A stretch of DNA of 64,000 nt, taken from positions 8,548-72,547 of the IMG/VR virus record IMGVR_UViG_3300043427_003501. One strand, written 5' to 3'. This stretch comes from a virus. Of the stretch, positions 17,955 to 27,294 are shown piece after piece (the stretch's first letter is position 1; each line of letters begins with the position of its first letter). Under the pieces are notes generated by a model that was not told the origin of the DNA, did not search any database, and was given only the letters and a program-made list of their open reading frames with translations. A program made the translations under genes and the position numbers.

Positions 17955-18245
17955 TCACTGACGCTCTTTGAGCGCCTTCAAGAGCAGATCGAGGTCTTCG
18001 GCTGAGAACTTTGACAGTTCCTTGAGCACGGAGGTCTTGCCAACCTTGTTTGAGGTCTTGGCATCTTGCTTAGCCTTGATCGCGGCTTCGAACTCGGGCT
18101 TGCCCTCGCAGACCTCGAGCAGCGCCAGAATGATGTGCCCTTGAGAGAGCTTGTTCTGGCGAGCAAGTTTGGCGATTCGCTCCTGTATCTCGGTTTCGAG
18201 AACGATGGCGGAGCGCTTGGGTTGGTTGGTGACAGACTCACTCAT
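17955..18245 (-). CDS. ribbon-helix-helix (Arc/CopG-like) DNA-binding protein
   Basis: KRSAIVL (beta) ETEIQERIAKLARQNKLSQGHIILALL (helix-helix); GGAG RBS. Confidence 0.65.
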   Translation of the reverse strand: MSESVTNQPKRSAIVLETEIQERIAKLARQNKLSQGHIILALLEVCEGKPEFEAAIKAKQDAKTSNKVGKTSVLKELSKFSAEDLDLLLKALKERQ

Positions 18246-18333
18246 GACTTTCTCCAGTTATACAAATGCAAAATTGCATCATTGCAAGAGTATAGTCTCT
18301 TGCATGTTATAAGCAACAGTGAAATTTAGGCTA

Positions 18334-18537
18334 TTACTCTTCTCCCCGAATGAACCCAATGGGACGACCAGTTGGCTCTTCTTCCTCTTCAGGTTCGGCT
18401 TGACTCTGGTCCAGAAGACCATACGGCATGTCCTTCAGAAAGGCAATTCCCAGAAGCACCAGCGGGTTGGACGTTGCAAACAGTGCAATGAGTACAACGG
18501 CAAGAATTCCGACATTGAGAGCGAGAGCGTGGTTCAT
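18334..18537 (-). CDS. small membrane protein
   Basis: Hydrophobic N-terminal half, acidic tail; AAGGT RBS. Confidence 0.6.
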   Translation of the reverse strand: MNHALALNVGILAVVLIALFATSNPLVLLGIAFLKDMPYGLLDQSQAEPEEEEEPTGRPIGFIRGEE

Positions 18538-18560
18538 GTTGCGGCACCTTTCTGTGGCTT

Positions 18561-20132
18561 TTACGCAACTGTAGCACGCCCCTGTTTGGCAAGTCCCAGT
18601 TTTTCGAAGTCGAAGTCACTTCCATCTGCAAGAAGGTTCTCGGCAAAGCCTTCAGTACCTTTGATGATGCTCAGGCGCTGCAGCGAATGATCCTTCAGGT
18701 AGCGGTTGTGCTCATCGAAGAAATCCACAATCAGAGCAATGTTGGGACCGGATTTTTTGGCCCGAAGACCGCGACCGACCCTTTGACGAAGAGCGACTTC
18801 GGCCTTACCACCGCCGGCAAGAATCACCATCCCCACAGCGGGAACGTCAACACCGACGTCCAGAATCGTAGAACCAATCAGTACCTGAATTTCACCATTG
18901 GCGAGCTTAGAGAGCGCTTTCTTGCGCTCGTCTTGGTCGTTCTCACCGTAGATGAACGCGGCGCGAACACCTTTAGCTTTCAGAAGCTCAAGCAGCTTGT
19001 GACCGTGGGCTTTCTGCTGGATGAGCACCATCGTCGACAGGCGGTGACGAGCTGCTCGTAGACACTCGGCGACAATCAGGCTGTTTCGCTCTTCGTTTTC
19101 GACGATTCCCAGACGGTACGCAGCTTGCCAGGGTGTGCCTCGCAGCAGGTTCTTGGGCTTGGAAGACAGTTTGGCAATCTTGAAGATGGGTCGGGCAAGA
19201 ATGCCTCGATCGATCAGCATCTTCTCGGTGACCTTGATGCCGATGGAGCCGAACGCCGCCATCAGGCGCATGTTCGACTCTTCGTCTTCCTTCATGAAGG
19301 GCGTGGCGGTGATGGCCAGGCGGTAGTGGGCGTTCTTGCAGTGGCGAAGAATCTCGTAGTAGCTATTGCCGGACGCCTCGTGGGCTTCCTCACCGATCAC
19401 AAACTCGAACTTGGACAACAAGCTGATCGTCTGGTTGCGAATCGCAGTCTGGCGATTCTGCTCTTCAACGGAGTCGTCTGGATCAGGCTCGGCCAGTCGT
19501 GAGACAAGAGTTTGCACCATGCCGACGCTCATCTTCTTTACAAACTGGCGACCTTCGGCGTCAGTGTAGCCGAACTGACCGTCTCCCAGTACCGAGCAAG
19601 CGATGCCAAGGTCTTGCTCAAAAGTTTCCTTCATCTGGTACATCAGGATCGACCGGGTCGTCAGAAACAACGTCGGGCGGTTGATGCGCATGAAGGCAAG
19701 ACGAGCGATGCGACTCTTTCCACCACCCGTTGCGACCTGAGCAATCATGGAGCCGTACTTCACCAGCCTATCGACTGTCTCCATCTGATAGTCATAGCGA
19801 GGGTCGTCGGGAAACGAGTCAACTCGAGGCTTTTCTGGCCCCTGGGGCAACGGAAGCGGTTTTCGAACGCGGTTGACTCGATGACCTAGACGAGTCAGGT
19901 GCGCCGCTACGTAGTTGACGAAGCCCGCAGGGAAAGTCGCAGCCCGAAAGTCAAAGAAGCTGGATCGACCATCCCAGCTGCCGCCTTTGAAAGCGGCAGT
20001 GTGCTCGGCACCTTCAACCTTGTAGGATAATAGAGATTGCACCCGCAGCTTTACCTCTCTTGAGGATTCATGCAGCTTTGCAACCGTGGCGTTGTATGCC
20101 AGCGTAACCGGCTCGTGATTTGAGTGTTCCAT
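18561..20132 (-). CDS. SF2 DEAD/DEAH-box helicase (UvsW/Rad25-like)
   Basis: ATGGGKS, EEAH, TATP, QRVGRGLR motifs. Confidence 0.9.
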   Translation of the reverse strand: MEHSNHEPVTLAYNATVAKLHESSREVKLRVQSLLSYKVEGAEHTAAFKGGSWDGRSSFFDFRAATFPAGFVNYVAAHLTRLGHRVNRVRKPLPLPQGPEKPRVDSFPDDPRYDYQMETVDRLVKYGSMIAQVATGGGKSRIARLAFMRINRPTLFLTTRSILMYQMKETFEQDLGIACSVLGDGQFGYTDAEGRQFVKKMSVGMVQTLVSRLAEPDPDDSVEEQNRQTAIRNQTISLLSKFEFVIGEEAHEASGNSYYEILRHCKNAHYRLAITATPFMKEDEESNMRLMAAFGSIGIKVTEKMLIDRGILARPIFKIAKLSSKPKNLLRGTPWQAAYRLGIVENEERNSLIVAECLRAARHRLSTMVLIQQKAHGHKLLELLKAKGVRAAFIYGENDQDERKKALSKLANGEIQVLIGSTILDVGVDVPAVGMVILAGGGKAEVALRQRVGRGLRAKKSGPNIALIVDFFDEHNRYLKDHSLQRLSIIKGTEGFAENLLADGSDFDFEKLGLAKQGRATVA

Positions 20133-20138
20133 TGGCTG

Positions 20139-20190
20139 TTGCCAAGTTCTTATATAAGGATTATAGTTGCCTCAGTCGTGACTTATACAA
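20139..20190. promoter_or_regulatory. divergent sigma70-like promoters with operator
   Basis: + TTGCCA-17-TATAGT; minus strand TTGTAT...TATAAT; operator copy at 20170-20183. Confidence 0.65.
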
Positions 20191-20195
20191 ATACC

Positions 20196-20846
20196 GTGAC
20201 CAAGATCAAAGTTGAAACTCTACCGCCGAGTCAGTTGCGGCCAAATCCCTGGAACACCAATGTGGTGTCGCCGGAAAACCAGGCCAAGCTCGAAGCCTCG
20301 GTCAAACGCTTTGGCATGTTCAAACCGATCGTGGTTCGGCAAATGCCTGATGAGACTCTTCAGATCATTGGCGGTCAGCATCGTTGGGAAGCGGCAAAGT
20401 CACTGGGGTTGAAAGAGGTTCCAGTTGTCAATCTTGGCGTACTGAACGACAAAAAGGCAAAAGAGATTGGGCTTGTTGACAACGGTCGGTACGGAGCAGA
20501 CGACACCCTACAGCTGGCAGGCCTGCTGGAAGACATCGGTGTTTCCACCGAAGAGCTTGCCAGCTTTATGCCGTTTTCCGAAACCGACATCGCATCAATT
20601 TTTTCATCTGTAAGCATATCGCTGGATGACCTTGATCTACCTGATGATGCTGAAATTCCCAAGACGCCGGCTACAAAAGCCGTTCAGACTCATCAAATCA
20701 TGCGCTTCAAGGTTCCGGTAGACGATGTTGCCAAAATCACAGAGATGATCGAGCGGACCATGAAGGAGCAGAGGTTTACGGATGAAGACTCACTTTCTAA
20801 TGCCGGAAATGCTCTGGTTCACCTCCTGTCAGGACTCTACGACTAA
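20196..20846 (+). CDS. ParB/Srx N-terminal domain protein 1
   Basis: LRPNPWNTN...S.KRFG..KPIVVR...IIGGQHRWEAA; GTG start inferred. Confidence 0.85.
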   Translation: MTKIKVETLPPSQLRPNPWNTNVVSPENQAKLEASVKRFGMFKPIVVRQMPDETLQIIGGQHRWEAAKSLGLKEVPVVNLGVLNDKKAKEIGLVDNGRYGADDTLQLAGLLEDIGVSTEELASFMPFSETDIASIFSSVSISLDDLDLPDDAEIPKTPATKAVQTHQIMRFKVPVDDVAKITEMIERTMKEQRFTDEDSLSNAGNALVHLLSGLYD

Positions 20847-20856
20847 AGGTGATGAC

Positions 20857-21033
20857 ATGGACAAGTTTCCTGAGTGCGCCGAGTGCATCAACAAAGAGTT
20901 TGACCCTTTTCAATGCGAATCCTGCGAGGATGCTTGCAACTTTGAGCCTTACGATGAGGAATATGAGCCAGAAGACACTGCGGAGTCAATGACCATCTCG
21001 GAATTCAAAGATTTCTGGAGGAATGGACGATGA
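20857..21033 (+). CDS. small Cys-rich acidic protein
   Basis: CAEC...CESC...C; AAGGT RBS. Confidence 0.6.
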   Translation: MDKFPECAECINKEFDPFQCESCEDACNFEPYDEEYEPEDTAESMTISEFKDFWRNGR

Positions 21034-21698
21034 AAAAGAAGACTGACATTCCTGGCCAGATCACCGTCTGGGACATTGACAAGGTCAAGCCCTACGAACT
21101 CAACGCCAAGATTCACGACTCGAAGCAGGTCGAACGGATTGCCAAATCGATCTCGGAGTTCGGTTGGGATCAGCCGATTGTCGTCGATGCAACCGGAACC
21201 ATCATCAAAGGTCATGGCCGTCGCCTGGCCGCTCTAAAGCTGGGTCTGACGCGCATTCCGGTCTGGGTACGCGACGACCTGACTCCCGAGCAGGTTCGAG
21301 CCTCTCGCCTGGCAGACAACCGAGTTGCAGTCAGCGACATCGACAGCAGCATTCTGCAGAAGGAACTCGAAGGTCTCGAATATGACTTGAAAGGCATATT
21401 TGATGAGAAGGAACTTACCTTCCTAGAGGAAAATTTAGGAGAATTCAATGCAAACGCTTTTGTCGATGACATTGAGGTCGAAGTAGGGCGCCAAACAGAA
21501 GAGACTCAAAAGACTGTCGAGAGTGCGAAGTCGAAAGATGTTCCAATCGACAAAGCTCTGGGTTTTAAGATGATCAAAGGCAGCCAGGAGCGCCATGTGG
21601 CTGCTTTTATGGCCCAAATCGAAGAAGAAACTGGGCTCGAGGGTGCAGACGCCTTCGTTGACTTCATCCAAAAATTGCTGGACGAGGATCAGTCATGA
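21030..21698 (+). CDS. ParB/Srx N-terminal domain protein 2
   Basis: PYELNAKIH...SISEFGWDQPIVVD...IIKGHGRRLAA...RLADNR. Confidence 0.9.
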   Translation: MKKKTDIPGQITVWDIDKVKPYELNAKIHDSKQVERIAKSISEFGWDQPIVVDATGTIIKGHGRRLAALKLGLTRIPVWVRDDLTPEQVRASRLADNRVAVSDIDSSILQKELEGLEYDLKGIFDEKELTFLEENLGEFNANAFVDDIEVEVGRQTEETQKTVESAKSKDVPIDKALGFKMIKGSQERHVAAFMAQIEEETGLEGADAFVDFIQKLLDEDQS

Positions 21699-22066
21699 GT
21701 GACGTATACATAGGCTTACCAAGAAAGATCAGAGTTGGCCAATACACGTTTCGCGTCACTGTCGGTTCGGAAGAGAAGTACCCCGTACTCGAAGGAAATG
21801 ACGGCGTGACCGATTTTGGTCAGTTCCGCATCTACCTTGGCGACAAGCTGCACCGACAGCGTGCCATTAACGTCGTTCAGCACGAACTGACTCACGCAAT
21901 CAACTGGGTGTACGGCGTCACTGATGGCTCAGAAGAAGAGCACATCACAACGCAACACACAAATGGACTGATCGAGCTATGGGTAAGCAATCCAAAGGTA
22001 TTCGGCTGGTTTGCCAAGAGTTTGCGAACGCTGAAGCGCGAAAACGCGCAGGAGGAGACTGAGTGA
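21695..22066 (+). CDS. HExxH metallopeptidase-like protein
   Basis: QHELTHAI...EE motif. Confidence 0.6.
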   Translation: MSDVYIGLPRKIRVGQYTFRVTVGSEEKYPVLEGNDGVTDFGQFRIYLGDKLHRQRAINVVQHELTHAINWVYGVTDGSEEEHITTQHTNGLIELWVSNPKVFGWFAKSLRTLKRENAQEETE

Positions 22067-22209
22067 CCTGCATATCGACAATCTGGATGTGGCTGCTTGC
22101 CATGTCCGCCATTCCCGGCATTGCTATTACCCTGCTGATACTGCTGATGCTCTGGGAAGGCGCCTGCATTTTTATCGATGACTGGCGTCGAGCTCGGAGG
22201 CGTCAATGA
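22063..22209 (+). CDS. 48-aa membrane peptide (not in ORF track)
   Basis: GTGA/ATGA overlaps on both sides; GGAG RBS; hydrophobic. Confidence 0.5.
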   Translation: MTCISTIWMWLLAMSAIPGIAITLLILLMLWEGACIFIDDWRRARRRQ

Positions 22210-22868
22210 CACAGTACGTACTGGACAAGCGCTTCGTCTGCAAAGTCGATCGTTCTGATCGAGTGCTGGAGATCGCTGAGGCCTTCGGTTTGGGCCTGGA
22301 TGACAAGGAATTTGTCGTCTTTGACAAGCAGGCTGTCGAGATTGAGCAAGGCGATGTCGTTTACATCACAGGGCAGTCGGGCTCAGGAAAGTCACTGGCC
22401 CTGCGCGAGTTGAAGAAGCAGATGTCCGAAGCGGGGCACCATATATCGGACATTGACGAGGTAACGCTCGATTTAACGCGCCCCTTGATCGATCAAATTG
22501 GAAGCAATACAGCCGAGGCGCTCACGCTTCTATCAATCGCCGGACTGAACGACGCCTACCTTTTCGTTCGCAAGCCGCAAGAACTCTCCGATGGTCAGCG
22601 CTACCGCTTTCGCCTGGCTAAGATCATTGAGTCTGGCGCAAACGTCTGGGTCTGCGATGAGTTCTTGGCGGTATTGGATCGAACCACGGCCAAGGTCATT
22701 GCATTCAACTTGCAAAAGGTGGCTCGCAAGATGAAGGCTACTTTGATGGTAGCTACAACCCATACCGACATGGTTGCCGACCTGGCGCCAAACCTTTACA
22801 TCAACAAACGCTACCGAGAAAAGATCGAAATCGTTCGGTCCCCGGAAGGCTACAAGGAGAACCCATGA
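22206..22868 (+). CDS. soluble ABC-type ATPase
   Basis: Walker A GQSGSGKS, signature LSDGQ, Walker B VCDEF, H-loop ATTH. Confidence 0.9.
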   Translation: MTQYVLDKRFVCKVDRSDRVLEIAEAFGLGLDDKEFVVFDKQAVEIEQGDVVYITGQSGSGKSLALRELKKQMSEAGHHISDIDEVTLDLTRPLIDQIGSNTAEALTLLSIAGLNDAYLFVRKPQELSDGQRYRFRLAKIIESGANVWVCDEFLAVLDRTTAKVIAFNLQKVARKMKATLMVATTHTDMVADLAPNLYINKRYREKIEIVRSPEGYKENP

Positions 22869-23200
22869 ATGACATTGAGCAGGAAATTCAAGAAAAGAAG
22901 CTGACCGCGCCGCGCATTACGCCGGCGGACATCGAGGCCAACATCGTCAGCGAGCATTACTTCACCGCCGCAGACGGCATCGACGGTTCTGACAAGGCCG
23001 CCGAAATCCCCGACGAGTGCGAACTGCTGACCTTCTGCGTCCTGGTTCTGCGCAACGGCTTCATGGTGACTGGTGAGTCGGCCTGCGCCAGCCCGGAGAA
23101 CTTCGACGCCGAGATCGGACGCAAGGTGGCCCGACAGAACGCAGTGGCCAAGATTTGGCCGCTGATGGGATATGAGCTGCGAACTCGCCTGGCTCAATAA
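22865..23200 (+). CDS. Gp49-family phage protein
   Basis: TAPRITP...LTFCVLVLRNGF.VTGESACASPENFDAEIG...LMGYEL. Confidence 0.85.
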   Translation: MNDIEQEIQEKKLTAPRITPADIEANIVSEHYFTAADGIDGSDKAAEIPDECELLTFCVLVLRNGFMVTGESACASPENFDAEIGRKVARQNAVAKIWPLMGYELRTRLAQ

Positions 23201-23202
23201 AG

Positions 23203-23517
23203 ATGACCGAAGACAAGGAAACTTTTGAGCAGATGGTTCTGCGATCCTGGAATGAGGAGGCAGGCGCCAAATCGTTCGTACTGTTCAGCTCACCCGATTG
23301 CGCTCCATGCAGGCGCATAAAAGCCACCATTGAGTCGCTAGAGGATGATCTGGGAAAGATTGTAGGGTTCGTCAACGTGTACCACGCAGTCGCAGCCGCC
23401 TCTCAGACCAAGGTCAGATCAGTGCCAACGCTGATTCGCTTTGAGCGGGGTCAAGAAGTGGCGCGCATAGTTGGCGAGACAAGTCGGCAAAAGCTCGAGG
23501 CGTTTCTTCGTGACTGA
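23203..23517 (+). CDS. thioredoxin-fold protein
   Basis: CAPC active site, VRSVPT cis-Pro loop. Confidence 0.85.
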   Translation: MTEDKETFEQMVLRSWNEEAGAKSFVLFSSPDCAPCRRIKATIESLEDDLGKIVGFVNVYHAVAAASQTKVRSVPTLIRFERGQEVARIVGETSRQKLEAFLRD

Positions 23518-24421
23518 AGACATGGAAGTCATTCGCCGGCCAGTGCCGAGCAACCATACGCTCTCGCTTTTGCCGAACGTATACGTTGAGCGCGGCACTA
23601 TCGAGGACTGGAATCTGCTCCACGAACTCCACTACAAGGCGGAGTCGCTAGGTATCGGTCCTCGCATCTACCGCTGCGTACTCAACGGACAAACAATCGG
23701 CGTGGGTGTCATGACGGTGCCCAAGATTCTGCTGTCCGGACGGAATGAAGTCTTCAGACATCTGAAGCCCAACACCGGAGGTATGGACTCAAGGTTGATC
23801 AATCGACACCGAGCGTACTGGATCAACGATCACGCCTGTACCAACTCGCGGCTGGTGCTGGACACCATGTACCGAGGCGCCGGCATCGCCTACCGAATGC
23901 AGAACATCATGATGCGAATGACTGGCTGCCAGGTGATTGAATTTCAGTCGTCGATGAGCAAGTTCAACCCCTTCGCTCAAAAGGCGGGCATTCGCTTTAC
24001 CAGACCGAAGCGCAGCGCCAACTACGAGCGCGGCGTCATGTTCTTCCAACGATGGTTCATATCCAATCCGTCGGACTACATGGGAATCATGACGGAAATC
24101 AACGAGATGAAGCCGGCGGTGCGAAGTAAATGCGAAGCCGAGATGCGTAAGTTTTATTACGCCTGTTCGGCACTCGAGAAGACAGGAAATGCGCGTTTTC
24201 GAGGAGAAGATCGGCGCGACAACATGGAAGTCAGCTATCTGCTCAAGTCACTTCAGCAGCTGACGTTGGCTTCACCTCTGTACGGCGCATACATCAATCC
24301 CGACGCCAGCCCGCAAAAGGGAGTCTCAAAACTGCCTCCCCGCGTTCCAATCATCGCTTTCGACAACCAACCGCCGGATCAACCGCTGGACATTTCCAGG
24401 CTGCCGGCTAAGTACGTGTGA
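23510..24421 (+). CDS. GNAT-fold acyltransferase
   Basis: SRLVLDTMYRGAGIA acyl-CoA-binding motif A; LHELHY, MSKFNPF. Confidence 0.75.
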   Translation: MTEDMEVIRRPVPSNHTLSLLPNVYVERGTIEDWNLLHELHYKAESLGIGPRIYRCVLNGQTIGVGVMTVPKILLSGRNEVFRHLKPNTGGMDSRLINRHRAYWINDHACTNSRLVLDTMYRGAGIAYRMQNIMMRMTGCQVIEFQSSMSKFNPFAQKAGIRFTRPKRSANYERGVMFFQRWFISNPSDYMGIMTEINEMKPAVRSKCEAEMRKFYYACSALEKTGNARFRGEDRRDNMEVSYLLKSLQQLTLASPLYGAYINPDASPQKGVSKLPPRVPIIAFDNQPPDQPLDISRLPAKYV

Positions 24422-24425
24422 TGCC

Positions 24426-24758
24426 ATGCCTCTGACAAACAAACAACTCGCCCTGATCAACCTCCTGGCCAAGCGCAACCCCGACGGGTCAGCACTTGAC
24501 CTGGACCAGATTTCTGAAGGGCTACCCTACAAGCCGAGCAAGCAATCGCTGCAATTTTCGATCCGAGCGCTGGTAGCCCACGGTCTGATTGAAAAGGCAC
24601 CCTCTGAGAAGCGACGGGGCCGCATGCGATGCCTCATCGTTCTGACCCGAGCCGGTGAGCATGTAGCGGGACTGAAGTCAAAGTCTGAGCCGATCGCTGT
24701 GGACGAACAAACCGACGCTCTTCTTCAGGAACTTAGCGAGGCCTTTGAAGAAGTCTGA
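24426..24758 (+). CDS. MarR-like winged-helix protein
   Basis: LTNKQLALI...SIRALVAHGLIEK...RRGR...LTRAG. Confidence 0.7.
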   Translation: MPLTNKQLALINLLAKRNPDGSALDLDQISEGLPYKPSKQSLQFSIRALVAHGLIEKAPSEKRRGRMRCLIVLTRAGEHVAGLKSKSEPIAVDEQTDALLQELSEAFEEV

Positions 24759-24812
24759 GCCGACCTGGGAAATCTGGGAAACCGGCATCACTTCGTATAT
24801 AGATATATAGAT

Positions 24813-25232
24813 ATGACAGATTCAACAGATAAAGAATTGCGGGAAAGTACCGGCACGGAAGAGACCCGCCGGGAAGAGGCTTTGATGGTTGATGCCGCAA
24901 TCATGCAGATGTTGAATCTGCGGTTTGAAGTCGCGGACGACATCATCAAAGTCTGGCCTCGGGAAATCGAAATCCCTGACGACACAAACTGGCTGACCGG
25001 ACCTCGGTTTACACAAAGTGTTGTCGCCTGCCAGGACTTGTTTGAGGCCCTCAAGGTGGAGACAGAAGCCCTCGAAACCGACGGCGAGCATTTCGTCAGA
25101 GTGACGTTCCCCAATCACGGCGGGTTCAAGCTGGACGGCTCAAAGACGTACTGTCTCGAGATGGCACAAGCCATTGCACTGATGTCCACCCTGTACATCT
25201 TCCGCACGGAAAACGACGTAAGTCATGACTGA
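24813..25232 (+). CDS. hypothetical protein
   Basis: ORF between wHTH gene and terminase promoter. Confidence 0.6.
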   Translation: MTDSTDKELRESTGTEETRREEALMVDAAIMQMLNLRFEVADDIIKVWPREIEIPDDTNWLTGPRFTQSVVACQDLFEALKVETEALETDGEHFVRVTFPNHGGFKLDGSKTYCLEMAQAIALMSTLYIFRTENDVSHD

Positions 25233-25262
25233 CTTGACAATGTGTCGCTTTTTTGCTACATT
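25221..25262 (+). promoter_or_regulatory. terminase promoter with overlapping operator
   Basis: AGTCATGACTGACT overlapping TTGACA-17-TACATT with extended TG. Confidence 0.8.
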
Positions 25263-25334
25263 CCGCCCGAGACTTGTTCTATCTCCTATGGGCGTTATCT
25301 CCACGCCCATTTTTTTTGACTGAAAGAGGCGCCT

Positions 25335-26000
25335 GTGAAAGAAGACAAGGTCGCCGCATCGGAAAAAGCGGTAAATCCACACGGAAAGCGACTTACGCCA
25401 AGCGAATGGGCTCGGGCGACTGCTTTGTGGCGAGCCGGAGAAGTAACACTAGAGGAGCTCGGCAAGCAGTTTGACCGACATCCACAATCCTTCGCCAAAT
25501 ACTTCGGACGCCGAGGTATCAAGAAGGGCGACAGAGCTCACCTCACTACCAAGGCGGTAGAAAACGCCGTAGAGCGTAAGGCTATTAAGGATGCAGAGCT
25601 GATAGCGGCTCGGATTCGGGAAACCAAGGAAGAGCACTACAAAATGGCCAGCGGTCTGGCCAAGCTCACTTGGGCTGAAATTCTTAAAGCCAAGCAGGAC
25701 GGAGTTCCGCTATCGGCCATTCTCAACAACATCAAGACTCTGGATGCTGCATCAAGTGTCCTGCGCAGGACTCGAGAAGATCGCTACGCCGTGCTTGGGC
25801 TGGATCGTGCAGACGCAGTGGATGAGGACGACGTACCACAACTCGTAATCTCGGAACTGACGGCTGAGCAGATCGAGAACCTTCGAAAGCGTAACTTCCG
25901 CGAGCTATCAGCGCTCGACGGCATGGAAGTCGGCGACATTGATGGCTCTCAGGATGCTTCTGCTGACGATGATGACGATGAGGTGGTTGAGGAGTCGTAA
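25335..26000 (+). CDS. terS: terminase small subunit
   Basis: N-terminal HTH, helical body, directly upstream of terL. Confidence 0.7.
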   Translation: MKEDKVAASEKAVNPHGKRLTPSEWARATALWRAGEVTLEELGKQFDRHPQSFAKYFGRRGIKKGDRAHLTTKAVENAVERKAIKDAELIAARIRETKEEHYKMASGLAKLTWAEILKAKQDGVPLSAILNNIKTLDAASSVLRRTREDRYAVLGLDRADAVDEDDVPQLVISELTAEQIENLRKRNFRELSALDGMEVGDIDGSQDASADDDDDEVVEES

Positions 26001-27247
26001 TGACACTTCGAGCCAACCTCACCCTGCATCCGAAGCAGATGGAGGTGTACCGCTCAAAGGCGCGGTACCGAGTAGTCGTGGCCGGACGACGCTGGGGCAA
26101 GACCGCGCTTTCGCGGGTGCTCATCATCAAAAAGGCGCAAAAGCCTAAGCAGAAAATCTGGTATGTGGCGCCTACGTACAAGATGGCCAAGCAGATTATG
26201 TGGCTTGACCTGCTAGATGCGATTCCACGCAAATGGATTCGAAAGATCAACGAGACATCTTTGTCCATTACGTTGATCAACAACACGCGAATCGAACTAA
26301 AAGGCGCAGACAAGCCTGATTCACTTCGAGGCGTGGGTATTCATTTCCTGGTGCTCGATGAGTTTCAGGACATGGCTGAAGAGGTTTGGACCCTAGTTCT
26401 GCGACCGACGCTCGCAGACACCGGAGGAGATGCGATCTTTATCGGCACTCCAAAGGCTTACAACTACCTGTATGAGCTGTACAAAAACGGTCAGAATCCC
26501 AAGATGGTTGCCAGCAACCTGTGGGAGTCTTGGCAGTTTCCGACCATTACCTCTCCATTCATTCCGCTCAGCGAAATCGAAGCCGCTCGACAGGACATGG
26601 ATGAGAAGAGCTTCAAGCAGGAGTTTGAAGCCTCGTTCGAGACAATGTCCGGAAGGGTGTACTACCCGTTCGAGCGAAGCACTCACGTTCAAAAGTTGGA
26701 GTTCAATCCAAAGCTGCCCATTTGGGTTGGCATGGACTTCAACATCGACCCGATGTCAACAGTCATCTTTCAGCCTCAAAACAATCGTGAGGAGCTCTGG
26801 GCAGTCGATGAGATCGTTCTATTTGGTTCCAATACCGAAGAGGTATGTGAGGAGCTCGAGAAGCGCTATTGGCGCAACCAGGGGCTCATTGTGATGTACC
26901 CAGACCCTGCCGGCGGTCAGCGCCAGCATGCTCGCGGTGAAACCGATATGGACATCTTGCGGGAAAAGGGCTTCAAGCGGATCAAGTACCGTCGCAAACA
27001 CCCAATGGTGGCAGACCGGGTAAATGCAGTCAATCGCATGCTACGTGATGCAACTGGAAAGATTCGACTCAAAATTGATCCAAAATGCAAGCACTTTATC
27101 AATGCGCTGGAACAGACAATCTACAAGCGTGGCACGCGAGAGGTTGATAAGACGTTGGGACTAGAGCACTCGGCGGACGCCGGCGGTTACTGCATCGAGC
27201 TTGAGTTCCCAGTTCGTAAGGTGGAAATTGGCGGGTTGTCAATATAA
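26000..27247 (+). CDS. terL: terminase large subunit
   Basis: AGRRWGKT Walker A, FLVLDE Walker B, IGTP, GMDFN nuclease motif. Confidence 0.95.
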   Translation: MTLRANLTLHPKQMEVYRSKARYRVVVAGRRWGKTALSRVLIIKKAQKPKQKIWYVAPTYKMAKQIMWLDLLDAIPRKWIRKINETSLSITLINNTRIELKGADKPDSLRGVGIHFLVLDEFQDMAEEVWTLVLRPTLADTGGDAIFIGTPKAYNYLYELYKNGQNPKMVASNLWESWQFPTITSPFIPLSEIEAARQDMDEKSFKQEFEASFETMSGRVYYPFERSTHVQKLEFNPKLPIWVGMDFNIDPMSTVIFQPQNNREELWAVDEIVLFGSNTEEVCEELEKRYWRNQGLIVMYPDPAGGQRQHARGETDMDILREKGFKRIKYRRKHPMVADRVNAVNRMLRDATGKIRLKIDPKCKHFINALEQTIYKRGTREVDKTLGLEHSADAGGYCIELEFPVRKVEIGGLSI

Positions 27248-27251
27248 GGCG

Positions 27252-27280
27252 TTGACTAACTCAGTAGTGACGTATAAGAT
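27252..27280 (+). promoter_or_regulatory. portal promoter with operator in spacer
   Basis: TTGACT-17-TAAGAT; ACTCAGTAGTGACG at 27259-27272. Confidence 0.75.
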
Positions 27281-27294
27281 AGGAGCCTCAAAAC

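Noticed and set aside
20196-21698. Plasmid partition ParAB system
   Set aside because: No ParA adjacent and no clear HTH after the ParB N domains; cannot be excluded genome-wide
22206-22868. Membrane ABC transporter
   Set aside because: No permease or binding-protein genes; context is ParB/GNAT/terminase
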